Shown in pieces: positions 37,770 through 50,630 of a stretch of DNA of 64,000 nt. Every line of letters starts with the position of its first letter. Position 1 is the first letter of the stretch. The position numbers and the translations under genes were made by a program. The stretch covers positions 372,001-436,000 of the forward strand of contig JAWMAR010000792.1 of the NCBI GenBank assembly GCA_036785375.1, read 5' to 3'. A model generated the notes under the pieces. That model had not been told where the DNA came from. It saw only the letters and a list, made by a program, of their open reading frames with translations, and did not search any database. This DNA comes from Leucoraja ocellata. Lineage: Eukaryota.

Positions 37770-40326
37770 AATAGTATTTACCGTATAACTAGAGTCAGTC
37801 TGGATTCCCACTTGATGTTACATTAAAATATTTGAAATAAATTGTGGGAATGTTTTTAATTCTACTGTTAACTTGAGAATATAAAAATGAACTTTGCAAA
37901 TCAGATTAACGTTCAAATTTAGGATTTATCCTCAATATTATTTGATATCTTGAAGAGAATCCCAGAGAGCAGCCTCCACCTGATCAGTACGAGGCTACTT
38001 CATGAAAGAGTGGGATTCTTCCACAACTGAAGCAGAGAAGTCCACAGCAGCTCTGGGAGTGCTGGTTAATTAAAGCTGCTCATTTCATGCCATATTTTGT
38101 AAATTATTAATTAGAAATCATCATCATGGGAACTCAAACTCTGAGGAAGTAGCTGAACTGGAAGAGATGGGGCAATGGTCTCACTGAATGCATGTTCCAC
38201 GGAGAAGAGAAGTTTAAGTGTGAGATACTAATTGCCAGTGGGGCATGTGATTGGCAAGGATATAAAAAATTGAGAAAAGACTATCATTAATGGTAGCACT
38301 CATTCATATTTCCTCCATCTGAAACTTGTAAAAAAAAAAAAGGGCATCTGCAGAAATCAGTCTTTGAAACATTAATTTTTTGGATGTGTTCATCTTGAAA
38401 TTATCTGGAATATCTTCACACACTTGATCAGTATGCAATACCATCTTTAACCCTGTGCACCATGGTGTTACTTTTGGAACCATATGTAATGGGGGTTGGA
38501 GTAGGTGGAAGATTATTTAAGAAAATATTAAATGATACGTGACGAGTCCCAAACTGAAACATGATTTATCCATGTTCTCCGGAAATGCTGCCTGGCCTGC
38601 TGAGTTACTCCAGCACTGTGTTTTCCTGTTTATACATGTGACCGGTTTGGCATTGTAATCTATTTTGTGCAAATGCAAGCTAAGCCTCTTTGATGGCAAA
38701 GATGAATAAGTTTCCTCTTAAGGTATGAAAATCTTAACGTCAAATATCATGGTAAACGTCAACAATAATTCTCAGGAACAGTGTATTCCTCTGTGCAAAC
38801 TCTTTCCATGTATACATGTAAACTTAAAGGTTGCAATCTCCCACCCCTATAAGTGGTCCGCCCTGTTTCGACGAATGCAATCAACTTGGTGTGCACAATC
38901 AAATAGAACAAGTTGTCTGGCAACTTTAGGCGGTGCACGCCCTACGCAAGAAGTAAACTTATAGAAAAAAGTGACCATTTCCAAATTCAGTTTGCAGTGT
39001 TGACTGTATCACCAAGTTATTTACAGATGGAATGGGTGTATACAGTATATTAGAGCTGAACCATCTTGCTAGAAAAGGCAACCCAGGTTCTTGATTTCAG
39101 CATTCAAGAGCAGATTATTTTTATTCAGTACATTTTAACGATTGCAGGAAAATATGTTCAAGTCTGGGATCAATTTTAAAAGTGGAAATTTGATTGCTAC
39201 CATAGGAGAACTACACACAAGGCTTCATTTAGTTTAGATTAAATTACCTTCAGGGAGGATAGGATAAGGGTGTGTGGGGTGTGCAACAAGGAACCCCTCC
39301 ACAGTAGAACTATATATCTGTGGGGGGGGGGGGGGGGGGGGGGGTCATTGAAAAGGGAAGGTGCCTCAATGTCAGAAAGGAAAATATTCCCAGACATTTT
39401 GGAGAAGAATTCCATGTCCTTAAATGTATTAGACATGTCCATTGGTGCTTTACACAGGAGGCCAATTCCTAAGACAATGAGCAAGTGATTAAAATAAACA
39501 TCTGTTCCTTCTAGGAAAATAAGATTTCTTGGTAAGAAGTTTATGATTATCAACATGGGCAGCACATTAAAATTACTTCAGCTACATGTCAAGGCAAATA
39601 ACAGTATTTCACATTTAGTACGCTTCCAATGACACTTGTCCATGATCCTTATTGCTCATGTTAGGGGAAATTAGTTTGATCATTTTGTTTAAAATTTCAC
39701 TGGTTTATTCTGTAAAAAAAGGATATGCACATTCAGTTGGATTTTGCATTTAGTATTCAACTTTCTCACCCATGATCCGAGGTGTTCTAGTTGTATGAAG
39801 CACAGTAATGTTAGCTGAAAATTAATAAATGTATCATCAAGATAGGTCCAGGAGCTGAGGGAGATGTTAAATATGCAAATTTAAATCTCAACTACTGAAA
39901 AACTAAATGTTCCCACCTGGATTTATGCCAGTAAAACTAATTTTACATGGAAAATGTCCATTTAAGGCACTTTGGTCAATTTAAAATAAATTGCAGCATC
40001 AGAGTTTGCAGGGTTTAAAAAAAAAAAAAGAAGAACAAACCCACTGTATGGAAAGAAATCCTCTCTTACTAGTGAGGGGGGGGGGGGGGAGAAAGAGATA
40101 TTATTGTCTCTATGGGCTCATCATTGGCAAAGTTAGGATAATACATGTGCTAAAGGGCAAATAGTAAAGGCAGTTCACATCTTTGAAACAAAATATTGCT
40201 CCAGACCTTAGTGATGCTCTAGTTTTTGGAAAGCTATGCAGAACTTAATTTTGCAATCCTTTATACCTAAAGTGCAGCAACAATACTGTCCATTCAAAAA
40301 CACCAACCAACAGTGCAGAATATATC

Positions 40327-40332
40327 TTTATT
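40327..40332 (-). terminator. CAPRIN2: Candidate polyadenylation signal of CAPRIN2
   Basis: AATAAA on the minus strand ~290 nt downstream of the stop codon. Further AATAAA at 39704-39709 and ~39120-39125 could be distal sites. Confidence 0.5.
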
Positions 40333-40621
40333 GAGGCACCATGAGGCATTGTAAATAGCAGGATCTCTTGCAAAGTAAATTTATCATTTTGACATCACAT
40401 AAGTTGTCATTGACCAACAAGTGCAAGACGCGTTCTGTAACAAAATATATTTGCAGCTCTACTAGCAAGGCATCACAGGTTAAAGTGCCCAGTTAGTGCA
40501 AACCAAAACCCCAGAAAACCACCGTGACATTTTAACAAGTCATCCCTGGCAACTCACTTCAAATTGTGACCTTAAGTTACAGTGATCAGAGTGCAAAGCA
40601 TTTTAGCTATTGGAGCACATT

Positions 40622-41190
40622 TCAGTCCTGATACAAGAGGTATCCAGAGAAGGTAGAATATTTCCAGCTGCTTCCATAGATGGCACCTCTATGCAATCGC
40701 AGCCAGATTTGATCTCCATGGATAAGCTGCAGAACAGCATGGTTGCTGGCAGTCTCATGATCGGGGGCACCATCATTGGCATAAGCAGAGCATAGGACTT
40801 CGTCATTCTTCATCAAATTTACATAGAGAGGCACATTCACAGCCAACTTCAACATGTGAAAGATGAAGACATAAGTGCCATTCACAGGACAAGTAAATCG
40901 CCCCAACTGGAAGTCAAACGTTTCTCCGAGGTTATTGAGCAGTAGATCAAAGATAATGGGCTGGTCTAGTGATCCAGGGGCAAAGTTAGAGGTCCTTGCT
41001 GTCGAGAAGGCCACTCTCATCTGCTGAGGAAGAGGATAAATGTGCACTGGCAAGAGGGTGGTAGCTTGGCTGGTCACTGGCATATCCACTGGAGTAAGGC
41101 TTCGAGAGTCTCCTTGGCCAGAATCCACACTGTGGAAATGCTCATTGTCTCGTTCTGGACTGCTCAGCTGAGATGAATCGCTCCAACCAG
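40622..41190 (-). CDS. CAPRIN2: Caprin-2 terminal exon (globular C1q domain)
   Basis: (A)GWSDSSQLSSPERDNEHFHSVDSGQGDSRS…QQMRVAFSTARTSNFAPGSLDQPIIFDLLLNNLGETFD…STFSGYLLYQD*, the caprin-2 C-terminus. Acceptor gtgacag at 41191-41192, with an alternative in-frame acceptor giving a start at 41208. Confidence 0.97.
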
Positions 41191-42329
41191 CTGTCACGTA
41201 ATTAAGACCTGTTTGGGTTGAGAAACCTTGCACTCTGCTTATAGAGTTACCACATCTTACCATGATCTAAACAATTAACAGAAATCTCTTAACTAGACAT
41301 TAAGTGGGCTTTAGAAACAAATGATTAAACACAGCTCTGGTACATTGTTTTAAGTTCTTCATAGCTCATTCCTGTTCATCACTTAATTCTACAAATGTGA
41401 TTTAAAATTGCATCAATTAGAAAGTATCTGCATTATGGGTGGAGGATTAGCACGGTTTGCAAAAATAAAATGCACCAGCCACTTTAATTTAAATTTATGA
41501 TTTGTTACATGGGATAAAAAGGATGCCAAACAAAATGGAAACGTGATCAATCTGTGTAATTAAAGTGGCATTAGAATCGAAATCAGACGTTACAAACCAT
41601 TACTTAATTTTGTTTGAAGATACTGTGCCCGAAGGACCCATGAAGTGAACATCCCAGATTGAAAAAAAATGCAACTTGTAACCCAGTATATCCTTCAGTT
41701 TGAGAGAACCATAACCTGTGCTTGAAGCAGAAAAGCACTTCAACTATAACCAAAGTAATAGACTATTTCACACAGTTTATAGACATCAGCAAACATTCTC
41801 CCATAGTCTCATTCATAGTAGTGTCCACAAAGTTGAAAGATATGCATTATTGGGATTGACATAATGTAGCCTCCAGCTAAATGTTCAGGACAGATAATGT
41901 ACTGTTGATTGAAGTGCTAGCAAAGGGACACTTCTTCCAAGTTAAGGAAATTTAATATCTGGAACAATGAGATTAAGATCGAATTTCTTTCCAAGGAGGA
42001 AACTGTACCATGAAGGCACAAGTGTGAAGTTTAAAAAACCATGATCAAGCTGCTCATAGTGTTTCTGGAAAATGTTGAGACACTCTCTAGTATCATAAAC
42101 CATTGTTTGATAATCAAAATTAGTTTCTTCCAATCCAGTCCCTTTGAACATGGAGGAGTTTAATCAATAGATTACATCTCACTAGTACTCATACATTTAA
42201 TGCAATTCTGATGCAATCTTCATTGATTAACTGCACACATTAGATTAAGGTCTGCATCCCCAAGAGGGATTTTAACAATTCTGTACCCATCCCTTTGTTA
42301 AGAAAACATGGTATCTATGAGAGATATTG

Positions 42330-42660
42330 CCTCAAAAGCCAGCATTCATCAATTATCACCAACATCCAGGCTACGCCCTCTTGTTGATACACTCGGGTAG
42401 GAATTACCAGCTACTGTTTTACAACTCCCAACTCAATCCAACCTCAACAACAAAGCATTACAAACCATCTCTTGCATTACCATGGACTTTTCAAGTTGTT
42501 ATTTTGCCCCAATGTCTTTTTTCCTCCATCCGTATCTTTTTTTTTTTACTTTGCAGACTTGTGCAAAATAATTTAATGTTCTTTGTTGTCAGAATCTGTG
42601 CCTGTGGTGCTGCTGCAAGATTCTCATGATACATTATAAACTCAACTTGACAAGACAAAT
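42330..42660 (+). mobile_element. Rex1-like LINE 3' fragment (decayed)
   Basis: caccaacatccaggctacgccctcttg (HPGYALL, the RT-end motif) through …cattataaactcaacttgac tail. Confidence 0.5.
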
Positions 42661-44024
42661 CAATGGTTTGGAAACATGGCAAGGGATGTCGGTTGCTCAT
42701 TGAAGTAGATTGAATGTGGAGCAAAAGAATAAAAATATATTTTAAACAGTGGACTATGATCAGTGTTGCAAGGAGCATCCCATCCAAATCTTGAATACCT
42801 CCATCCTGCAAAGAAAGCTCATATCTAACTAACAAGCACTTTAATACAATCTCGTTAATGTTTTGGTATTGTAATGCAAATGTAGTTTAACTTTTAAGTT
42901 CAAGGAAGGTGCAGTCTGATGAAAGGAAAAGATTTTAAAGTGTTCATCACAACTCATGTTTTGCAGAAACTCTAGTCACCAGATCAAGTTATAATCAACT
43001 GTTGAAACAAAATTCCATCTACCACTTACTAGTGTTTACTGAAGAGACATTATTTTTCAACTGTAGATTCAATTGCGATTGAATTGCCAAATCCCAAGTA
43101 CAAGTTAGATTTTGTGTTTGATCTGGGGATCAGGGTGGGAAGCAAAAGGTGTAGATGCAGAAACTTCAGCACCAAGTATTGATAGGAAGTTAATGACATT
43201 TTGAAAGTATAGTTTACATCCTAACACTATCATATGGCTTGCAAAATTAAGAGGATTTTTTTTGTAATGGAAGGTGGACATTTGCAATAATCTAGAAAGT
43301 TACAGTATTATCCTCTATTCTGCCATTCATGAACACTGCAAGTTACAAGAGAAAAATTAATAATTCCTCAGATGGCCAAGCTTTGAAGCTACAGGAACTT
43401 TAGAAGAAAGCCCAGAGGAACAATTGGTAATGCCATTGCTTCAATGCCAGAGACTCAAATTCAATTCCAAACTCAAGTGCTGCCTGTGTGGAGTCCACAC
43501 ATTCTCATTGTTCCTGCATCCCACATCCCAAAGACATGCGATCATGTGGCAGAATCTGCAGCAAGTTGCAGAAAAATTGGATTTTATGTAGGATTAGTGC
43601 AAATTGGGTGGTGACAGCGTGGATTCTGTGGGCCTGTTTCTGTATTGTGCTCCTCCATTACAGAGTGCTGTTGCCAGTAGACTAAAGCCTGTCAAGTCCA
43701 TGTGGCAGCTGGTGTGCAACACCTACCCATGTTGAATGAACTACTATCTTCTTCCCCAAAACTGGAGCAGTCAACCTCAACTAATGTACAAAGCAGCAGC
43801 AGGGGCAGAAAATCATTCAAGCATTTCACTTGCTCAATTCCAGCGATATGGCCCTGAAGAGAAACTCATCTCATGGTGCTAGTAATACAATTAGTCCTGC
43901 ATTTGGAATCTGATTGTGGAAGGATGATAGAGGTTAGCAAGCTGCTGGTAAAGTGTCTTGTAATGCAGAATGAGAGCTAGCAGCTGACATTTATAGCAAC
44001 GTAAATAAATTCAGTAATGAGTAA

Positions 44025-44716
44025 AGGCCCTGTCCCACTTGCGTGTCCCTGGCACACAAATTACGCGACCTCGTCGTCACGTTGAGACACACGGGCATCG
44101 TGTGGCCACGCGGGGCCGGTCCCACTGAGAAGCGCGGAGGGGTATGTAGTTGTGCGCAGTATCGCGCGGCGCTCAGAAATTTTGCAGCAAACAAAATCTT
44201 TGCGCGCCACCAACCTGTCGGATAACTGACGGCCAAAGTGGGACAGGCCCAAGACCCTGGCGCGACGCAATGTCTCACCTCCAACAGCAGCAGAAGCAGG
44301 CAAACGATCGCCGAGCTCGGCCTGGGGCTCACGGCCGTTGCGGTCCGAATCCACCCCCACTTCTACTCCCAGAACGGGGCCAAGAAAATTGAAGATGGAC
44401 ACAAAATGCTGGAGTAACTCAGCGGGACCGGCAGCATCTCTGGAGAGAAGAAATGGATGACGTTTCGGGTCAAGACCCTTCTTTCAGACAGAAGGGTCTC
44501 GACCCGAAACATCGCCCATTGCTTCTCTCCCGAGATGCTGCTGGTCCCGCTGAGTTTTACTCCTGCATTTTGTGTCCATCTTCAAATGACATCACCCACT
44601 CCAGGCAGCTGTGTGGACGCATGAAGTCACACGCGACCTTCGCAGGACCGTCGCGCCTCAACGCGACCATGAGGTCTTGTAATTAGCGTGCCAAGGACAC
44701 GTACGTAGGACGGGCT
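44025..44716. mobile_element. PIF/Harbinger-like MITE containing a nested fold-back element
   Basis: TAA|AGGCCCTGTCCCACTTGCGTGTCCCTGGCAC … GTGCCAAGGACACGTACGTAGGACGGGCT|TAA. Confidence 0.75.
44389..44585. mobile_element. Penelope-derived near-perfect palindrome (~95-bp arms)
   Basis: ttgaagatggacacaaaatgc…gggtcaagacccttct and agaagggtctcgaccc…gcattttgtgtccatcttcaa are reverse complements. Confidence 0.8.
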
Positions 44717-45549
44717 TAAATCTAGTGCTTGTGGGTTGTGTTTGGGGGAGAAGATAAATGTCACTAAAAAAAAAAAAATTGGGAGTAGGACCTCAAGTTG
44801 CAGAATGTACTCCAAATGATAGACACATTGTAATTCCACCACTCAAAAACTACCAACCCAGTGTATTGGTAGTCAAGTCGCAGCAAGTTGATATGCCCAA
44901 GACTGAAAGCATTCCAATATTGCTTCATTATAAAGCCCTTCATGAAAATTAAAACATCAATCCAATATGCAAATAGGAGCAGGAGTAGGCTGCCTGGCCA
45001 AGGTCTACCTGGCAATCAGCATCACAGATTATTGTTAATTTATGCATGCTAGATCATCATGGCCCTCACTCAAAATATACTGTTGCTTTAAATATGCAAG
45101 GTTCTACCTTACACTACTCTGCCAGTGAATTCCAGAGATTCACCATCAAGAAGTTTCTACATGCCTCGGTATTATGGGAGCAGTCATTTATGGCCCAATG
45201 CTTGCAAACCTTGAAATTCTCATCTCCACACCAATCCAAAATAAACACGTGGATCATATTTCTGCAGATGCAACCTCATTAAGATTTAAATCTTATTGAT
45301 TTCACATCAACCTACCATTTAAATTAAAACCTCACTAGCGTGACCCACGTTACGATTTAATAATGGGAACATAAACTGAACATTTCTACTTTAATATCAG
45401 GAAACTAAACCACATTTATTCCATGTGAAATCCCTTACTATAAGATGAAAATATATAATATTTTCTGCATACAATATTCAATCTTATGGTAGATAGAGTA
45501 GGCTGGGTGTATGATCTAAAAAAAGATTAACATCCAGATTAGAAATGGA

Positions 45550-45850
45550 CATAGGCACAAGAGTAGGCCATTCGGCCCTTCGAGCCAGCACCGCCATTCA
45601 ATTTGATTACGGCTGATCATCTAAATTCTGTACCTGGTTCCTGCTGTTTCCCCCCATATCCCTTGATTTCTTTAGCCCCAAGAGCTAGATCTAACTCACT
45701 CTTGAAGACATCCAGTGAACTAGCCTCCACTGCCTTCTGTGGCAGAGAATTCCACAGATTCATAACTCTGGGTGAAGAAGATTTTCCTCATCTCAGTCCT
45801 AAATGCCCTACCACTTATTCTTAAACTGTGACCCCTGGTTCTGGATTAAG
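45550..45850 (-). mobile_element. CR1 3' end
   Basis: gagtaggccattcggcccttcgagccagcaccgccattcaat…cacagattcataactctgggtgaagaag…cttaaactgtgacccctggttctgga. Confidence 0.75.
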
Positions 45851-46183
45851 AGGTGTTGAGGGACCAATTGATCTTTGGACCAAACTGCATGCTCTGCCAG
45901 TTCTAAAAGAATGCACCTCAACTCTGATGCAATGCAGATCATAGAACCACAAGTAATTTGCATTGCACAATATGCTTGATATTGAATCCACTTGCTTATG
46001 ATTAATTGCACTACATCTAACCATCAAAAACAATGGAGGAAGGAGATGAGGATGTGTTAAATTCAAAAACGGAATAAGTCAATAACTCAAAGTCCTGTAC
46101 ATCAAATTTGTCAATCTCAGAAGGTACTAAAAATGTGGTTCTGAATTAAGTGGCCCCAGATAAAGATGTCATTAGATAATTAC

Positions 46184-46250
46184 CTCCTCTCATCGTCCCA
46201 CGAGGGCCAACTCCTACACTACGTTTGTAGTTCTGCTGGTAACCAGATTC
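46184..46250 (-). CDS. CAPRIN2: Caprin-2 penultimate exon
   Basis: tttgcag|GAA TCT…AGA GGA G|gtaatt, 67 nt, ESGYQQNYKRSVGVGPRGTMRG. Phase 1 fits the terminal exon. Confidence 0.9.
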
Positions 46251-46820
46251 CTGCAAAGCATAGACATTATGTTTGTTAAATAAAGTGCATCCATGTATTA
46301 TGCAGATTGAGCAAGACAGCACAGTAGAAGTATCTACCATTTACATTCATGCAAATTGTACATCGCAACTAATTTAACTTTAGCAGTTAATTTGTATTTA
46401 TATTGTCTGGTATAGTACCAAGAGCATTTGGATGTACCAAGCTTTGATCATTAGCTACTGGGAGATATTACTAGATTTGAAAAAAAAGTTTACATTATAT
46501 AGAAAGACAATGCTCAAGGAACTCAATGCGCCAGGCAGCATCTGTGGTGGAGAATTCTTCGGTCTGAAGGGTTCCAGATCCTAATTGTCTGTCCAGATCC
46601 AGACTGAAAATGACTGTCCTCCATAAATGCTGCGAGTTATTCCAACATGGTTCAGCTTAAGATTACAGTATCTGTAACTTCGCATTTGCACAAAGTTTAA
46701 TATTCATATTCCATAACTGTTTTTAGAAACACCAAATCCCCAAGTACTGATCAGTCAGACAGTCTTTAATATTCAGTAATATTAACAGTTTGGTTGCCTT
46801 TGATCAATTAGAATAATTAA

Positions 46821-47130
46821 AGGGCCTGTCCCACTGTACGAGGTAAATCAAGAGTTCTCCCGAGTCTCCCCCCCCGATTCGAACTCTGTAGCGGCTCGTA
46901 CGAGTAACAGTAGTTACTTGGGAAATCCGGTAATCTTGTGACGTTATTTCAACACTGAAGAATATCCACGAGTAAAAAATAGTGATGAAAAAAAAGTTAC
47001 TTTTTACTCATACGAGCCGCTACAAGACATCCACGAACTCCTACGGACCCGCTACGGACATTCTCCGAGTTCGAATGAGGGGAAAACTCAGGAGAACTCT
47101 TGAATTACCTCGTACAGTGGGACAGGCCCT
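46821..47130. mobile_element. PIF/Harbinger-like MITE with long TIRs
   Basis: AGGGCCTGTCCCACTGTACGAGGTAAATCAAGAGTTCTCC … GGAGAACTCTTGAATTACCTCGTACAGTGGGACAGGCCCT, flanked by TAA / TTA. Confidence 0.85.
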
Positions 47131-48116
47131 TTATGCACAAAACAATAGCCAACAGAAAAAACAAATAGCCCTTGTAAAAGCTTAGGTTACCAGCAGAGTA
47201 TGTGGTTTGATGAAGCTCATGTTTATTGATCTAGGTCGCTAGGTCATACGTTGAATACACAAACTAAACTAATTTTATGGTGGCAGAAGTGCAAGAAATG
47301 TAAATTGCAGCTACAAGTAAATATATTTGGAAATAATGAGTAACTTCCAAAAGTGCAGTCAAATATTCCATACTAAGCAATTTAGAGCATATTCACACGT
47401 TTCATAAAACAGAACTTATTTAAAATAGAGGTATGGGGTACAGGAGAGCAAAAAAAAAAATGTTAAAGTCAAGTTGCTCATGTAGCCAGCCACGTGGAGA
47501 TTACTGGAAGGGAATATTAAAATTCCTATCGGAATGCCTTGTGTGCTTTGTACTTTAAAAACTAAAGTAATTCCAGTTCAAATGCACATTTGCAGGAATT
47601 GGTTAACTTTAAAAACTATCTTCCTAAAGTTCTCCAACACTAGGATCTTTCTTGACATCAGGTCTGGATCTGCCATTAGATCATTTTCCTTCGTAACTAT
47701 TCCCAGGTTGTAAATTGATTAGAATTACATGGTATCACTGACTTCCAACTTTAAGAGGATGGTGAGCATTTGAAAAAAATGTCCTCCCAAAATTCTGATA
47801 TTGTCCAAATATTGGTGATTGGATCAATATTAGGAGCTATTATAAAAAGCAATAGAGCAGAGCTTTAGTAATAATTATTCACATGACAAATGCCAGAAAA
47901 TAAATTTTGATTGGAGGTTCCATCGAGAACAAATTCAATAAAGTTTCTCATAATTTGCCAACTGAAGTTACCAACAATTCCAAATCTCAAGGGCCAGAAA
48001 TCCTTTAAAAACATTTTTTAATTGGTTCCTCTTGAAGTAAAATAGAATGAAGCTGGTCAAATCAGTTAGCATATCGTAAAAGTGTGCAAATTTCATAATT
48101 TCACTGCATTTCTTAC

Positions 48117-48211
48117 CCTTGTTGTGTATGGCATCCCTGCATATTCTCTATTTGGGAAAGGTCCATAAGTTCCATTGGCAGGAATGGGAATTCCTCTGTA
48201 TCCATCATATC
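48117..48211 (-). CDS. CAPRIN2: Caprin-2 exon (GYDGYRG region)
   Basis: tttcactag|GA TAT GAT…ACA AGG|gtaaga, 95 nt, (G)YDGYRGIPIPANGTYGPFPNREYAGMPYTTR. Confidence 0.92.
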
Positions 48212-48257
48212 CTAGTGAAAGAAAACAAGGATTCAAGTTCCATGTAGAATATAGTAA

Positions 48258-48602
48258 TGGGCTTGTCCCACTTACGCAACTTTTTCAGCGACTACCGGCA
48301 CTAGTCAGTCATAGGTTGTTGCAGGTTGCCAAAAATTTTCAACATGTTGAAAATGCAACAGCGACCAGAAAGACACTACGACACTTTGGGCGATTGAGGA
48401 GACTACTCACAACCATGCAAGCGACACCCCGGCGACATGTTGCAGGGTGAAGCCTGTATGATCGTGAGTAGTCGCCCAAAGAGTCGTACTTTGTTCTGGT
48501 CGTTGCTGGATTTTCAACCTGTTGAAAATTTTCTGCAACCTGTAACGACCTATGACAGGTGCCAGCAGTCACCGGAAAGGATGCGCAAGTGGTACAGGCC
48601 AA
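48258..48602. mobile_element. PIF/Harbinger-like MITE
   Basis: TAA|TGGGCTTGTCCCACTTACGCA … TGCGCAAGTGGTACAGGCCAA|TAA. Internally palindromic (aaaattttcaacatgttgaaaat / ttttcaacctgttgaaaatttt). Confidence 0.8.
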
Positions 48603-50302
48603 TAAGCATCAAGGATGAAAAAGATGGAGATTTTTTTCAGACGTTTCTGAAAGGCTCCCAAGTCAGTCAAAGGTTTTTTTGCATCCACATCTTAAAAGAT
48701 AATGGTGACCACATTTATTATACGAGTATTAGATCACAAGTCACAGGAGCAGAATTAGGCCATTGAGCCCAGAGTCTGTTCTGCCTTTTGATCATGGCTG
48801 ACATATATTCACCAGCAAATTTATGGAACAATGTTCATACTGTTACTTTAAAACCTAGTCTATTAGAATTCTTGATGGGCTCAAAAAACTGTATGTTTAC
48901 GCAATGTCTGTTTCATTTTGTGGCAAAACATTTGTAATTGATGTTTTGGACTGATTTGAATTCAAATCACAGAAGTCAGGCAATAAAAAGGAAAAATAAA
49001 ATGCAAGAAATACTCAGCTGATTAAGCAGCTCAGTAATGAGAATCTGGCATCCAAATTCTTGGATCTGGCAACAGGTTAAACTAAAACATTAATAACTGT
49101 TTCTGGACAGTTAACTGCAGGCATCACAGCCACCAACTTCACCCCTCTTCTCTGCAAGCTGACCGAGACTGAATCAGCCATTCACAGCTTCAACACACCA
49201 ACCATTTTTCTTCAATTTGTCCTGCTCAGTACTTCCTGTCATTGGTTCAAATGTAGCAAAAAAAAAATCTGCAGCTGCTGGAATCTTAAGCAAAAGTGCC
49301 AGAAAAACTCAACAGGCGAGGCAACATTTGTTGAGAAAATTGACAAATGCCGTTTTGGGTCAGGACCTTTCCTCAGAAAGCCTTGGCTACTCCTGATATG
49401 AACAGATCCCACCATTTTTTTCACCTTAAACAGAAGAACAGCAAACACAAAAACTGCAATACAGCCAAATAATTTATAGCAAGATTAACTCAAGGCAAAT
49501 ACTAACTTCAGAAAAGGAGAGAGCTCCAAAGACTGCTGTGAAGGCAGCAGCAGCTGATCTAGTTATCTGCAAGCATCTCAAGGCCACCAAAGTTATCTTT
49601 CCCTTCGTAAACTATCCAAGGCCAAATCATGATATTGGTTTCGCTCAATGCTAGCTTCTAACCAATCTGCATTTGAATACTGTCCACTATCTACCTACAT
49701 TAACCACAAGTCTGAACACTCCCCTCATCTGCTGCTGAAACATTATTCCATCCCATTGAGATCAGTAACAACTCACCCATCTCATGTCGTTAGACTTCCT
49801 CCCAAAATCTGAATCACTGTTTTAACTGGTACCATTCTGTTAAGCACTTATGCATTAATGACACTGATGCAAGTGTTCAGGGCAATCTGGTTGTGTTAAA
49901 TTGACAAGTGGCAGAAGTAGAAAGCGATATATTTTTTAGCCAAAAATAACAACCACCGTTGGTCTACAGTGGCTGGGGGTGAAGGCTTGCCTTCCCAGGA
50001 AATGTTTTTAATATTACAATTTCCTGCATCAAGCACCTCACATTAAGAAACAGGTTAAATGTTTTCCAAAAAGTTCAGAGTACAATTTTTATTTTGTACC
50101 TCAAATTTTTTTTTTTGGTAGTGATTGGTGAATCCTGTAAAGGAGAAACTTATCCAAAACGGGTGTAATGGGGTCACCTGTATAAGAAAATAGGAATTCT
50201 AGCGGATGTGGTTCAATTAAACCCAAACTAGCTCTAGCCTAATTTCCCAGAGAAAAGCCTTTTTTCCCCCCTGTCAAACTTAATTTATATTTTTAACCTT
50301 AC

Positions 50303-50485
50303 CTATTTGTACACCTTTGTATCCATTGTTAGAGCCACGGTAAACATTACCAATTCCTCTTCCACCACGTGCGGTTCCCCGTCCAGCATTTCTACTTCCA
50401 AAGTAGGCTTGATTTGGTCTTGGTAAAGTGCTTTGCGGATTGTGGGTTAAAAAAACCGGTGTTCCATTGGCAACAGATGTCGTTT
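50303..50485 (-). CDS. CAPRIN2: Caprin-2 exon (RGG-rich)
   Basis: tccgaag|AA ACG…, (E)TTSVANGTPVFLTHNPQSTLPRPNQAYFGSRNAGRGTARGGRGIGNVYRGSNNGYKGVQI, ATAG|gtaagg, 183 nt. An alternative in-frame donor would end the exon at 50315. Confidence 0.88.
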
Positions 50486-50630
50486 CTTCGGATTTGAAAA
50501 AACAATAAATTACAACATCTTTAGTTTACAACGACTAAGATGATCACAAGGCATCAAGCAGATATAATCAACCACTTTAAACCTGGAAATATTGGTAGTC
50601 CTTGATATGGAAGAAAAGTGGATTTAAAAT

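Noticed and set aside
38843-38952. Short CpG-containing segment ending gcacgccctacgcaagaag
   Set aside because: Looks like a retroposon 3' fragment, but it is single-copy in this window and I cannot assign it.
40603-40806. Alternative-frame and antisense ORFs overlapping the C1q exon
   Set aside because: Short shadows of a conserved coding exon with no independent support.
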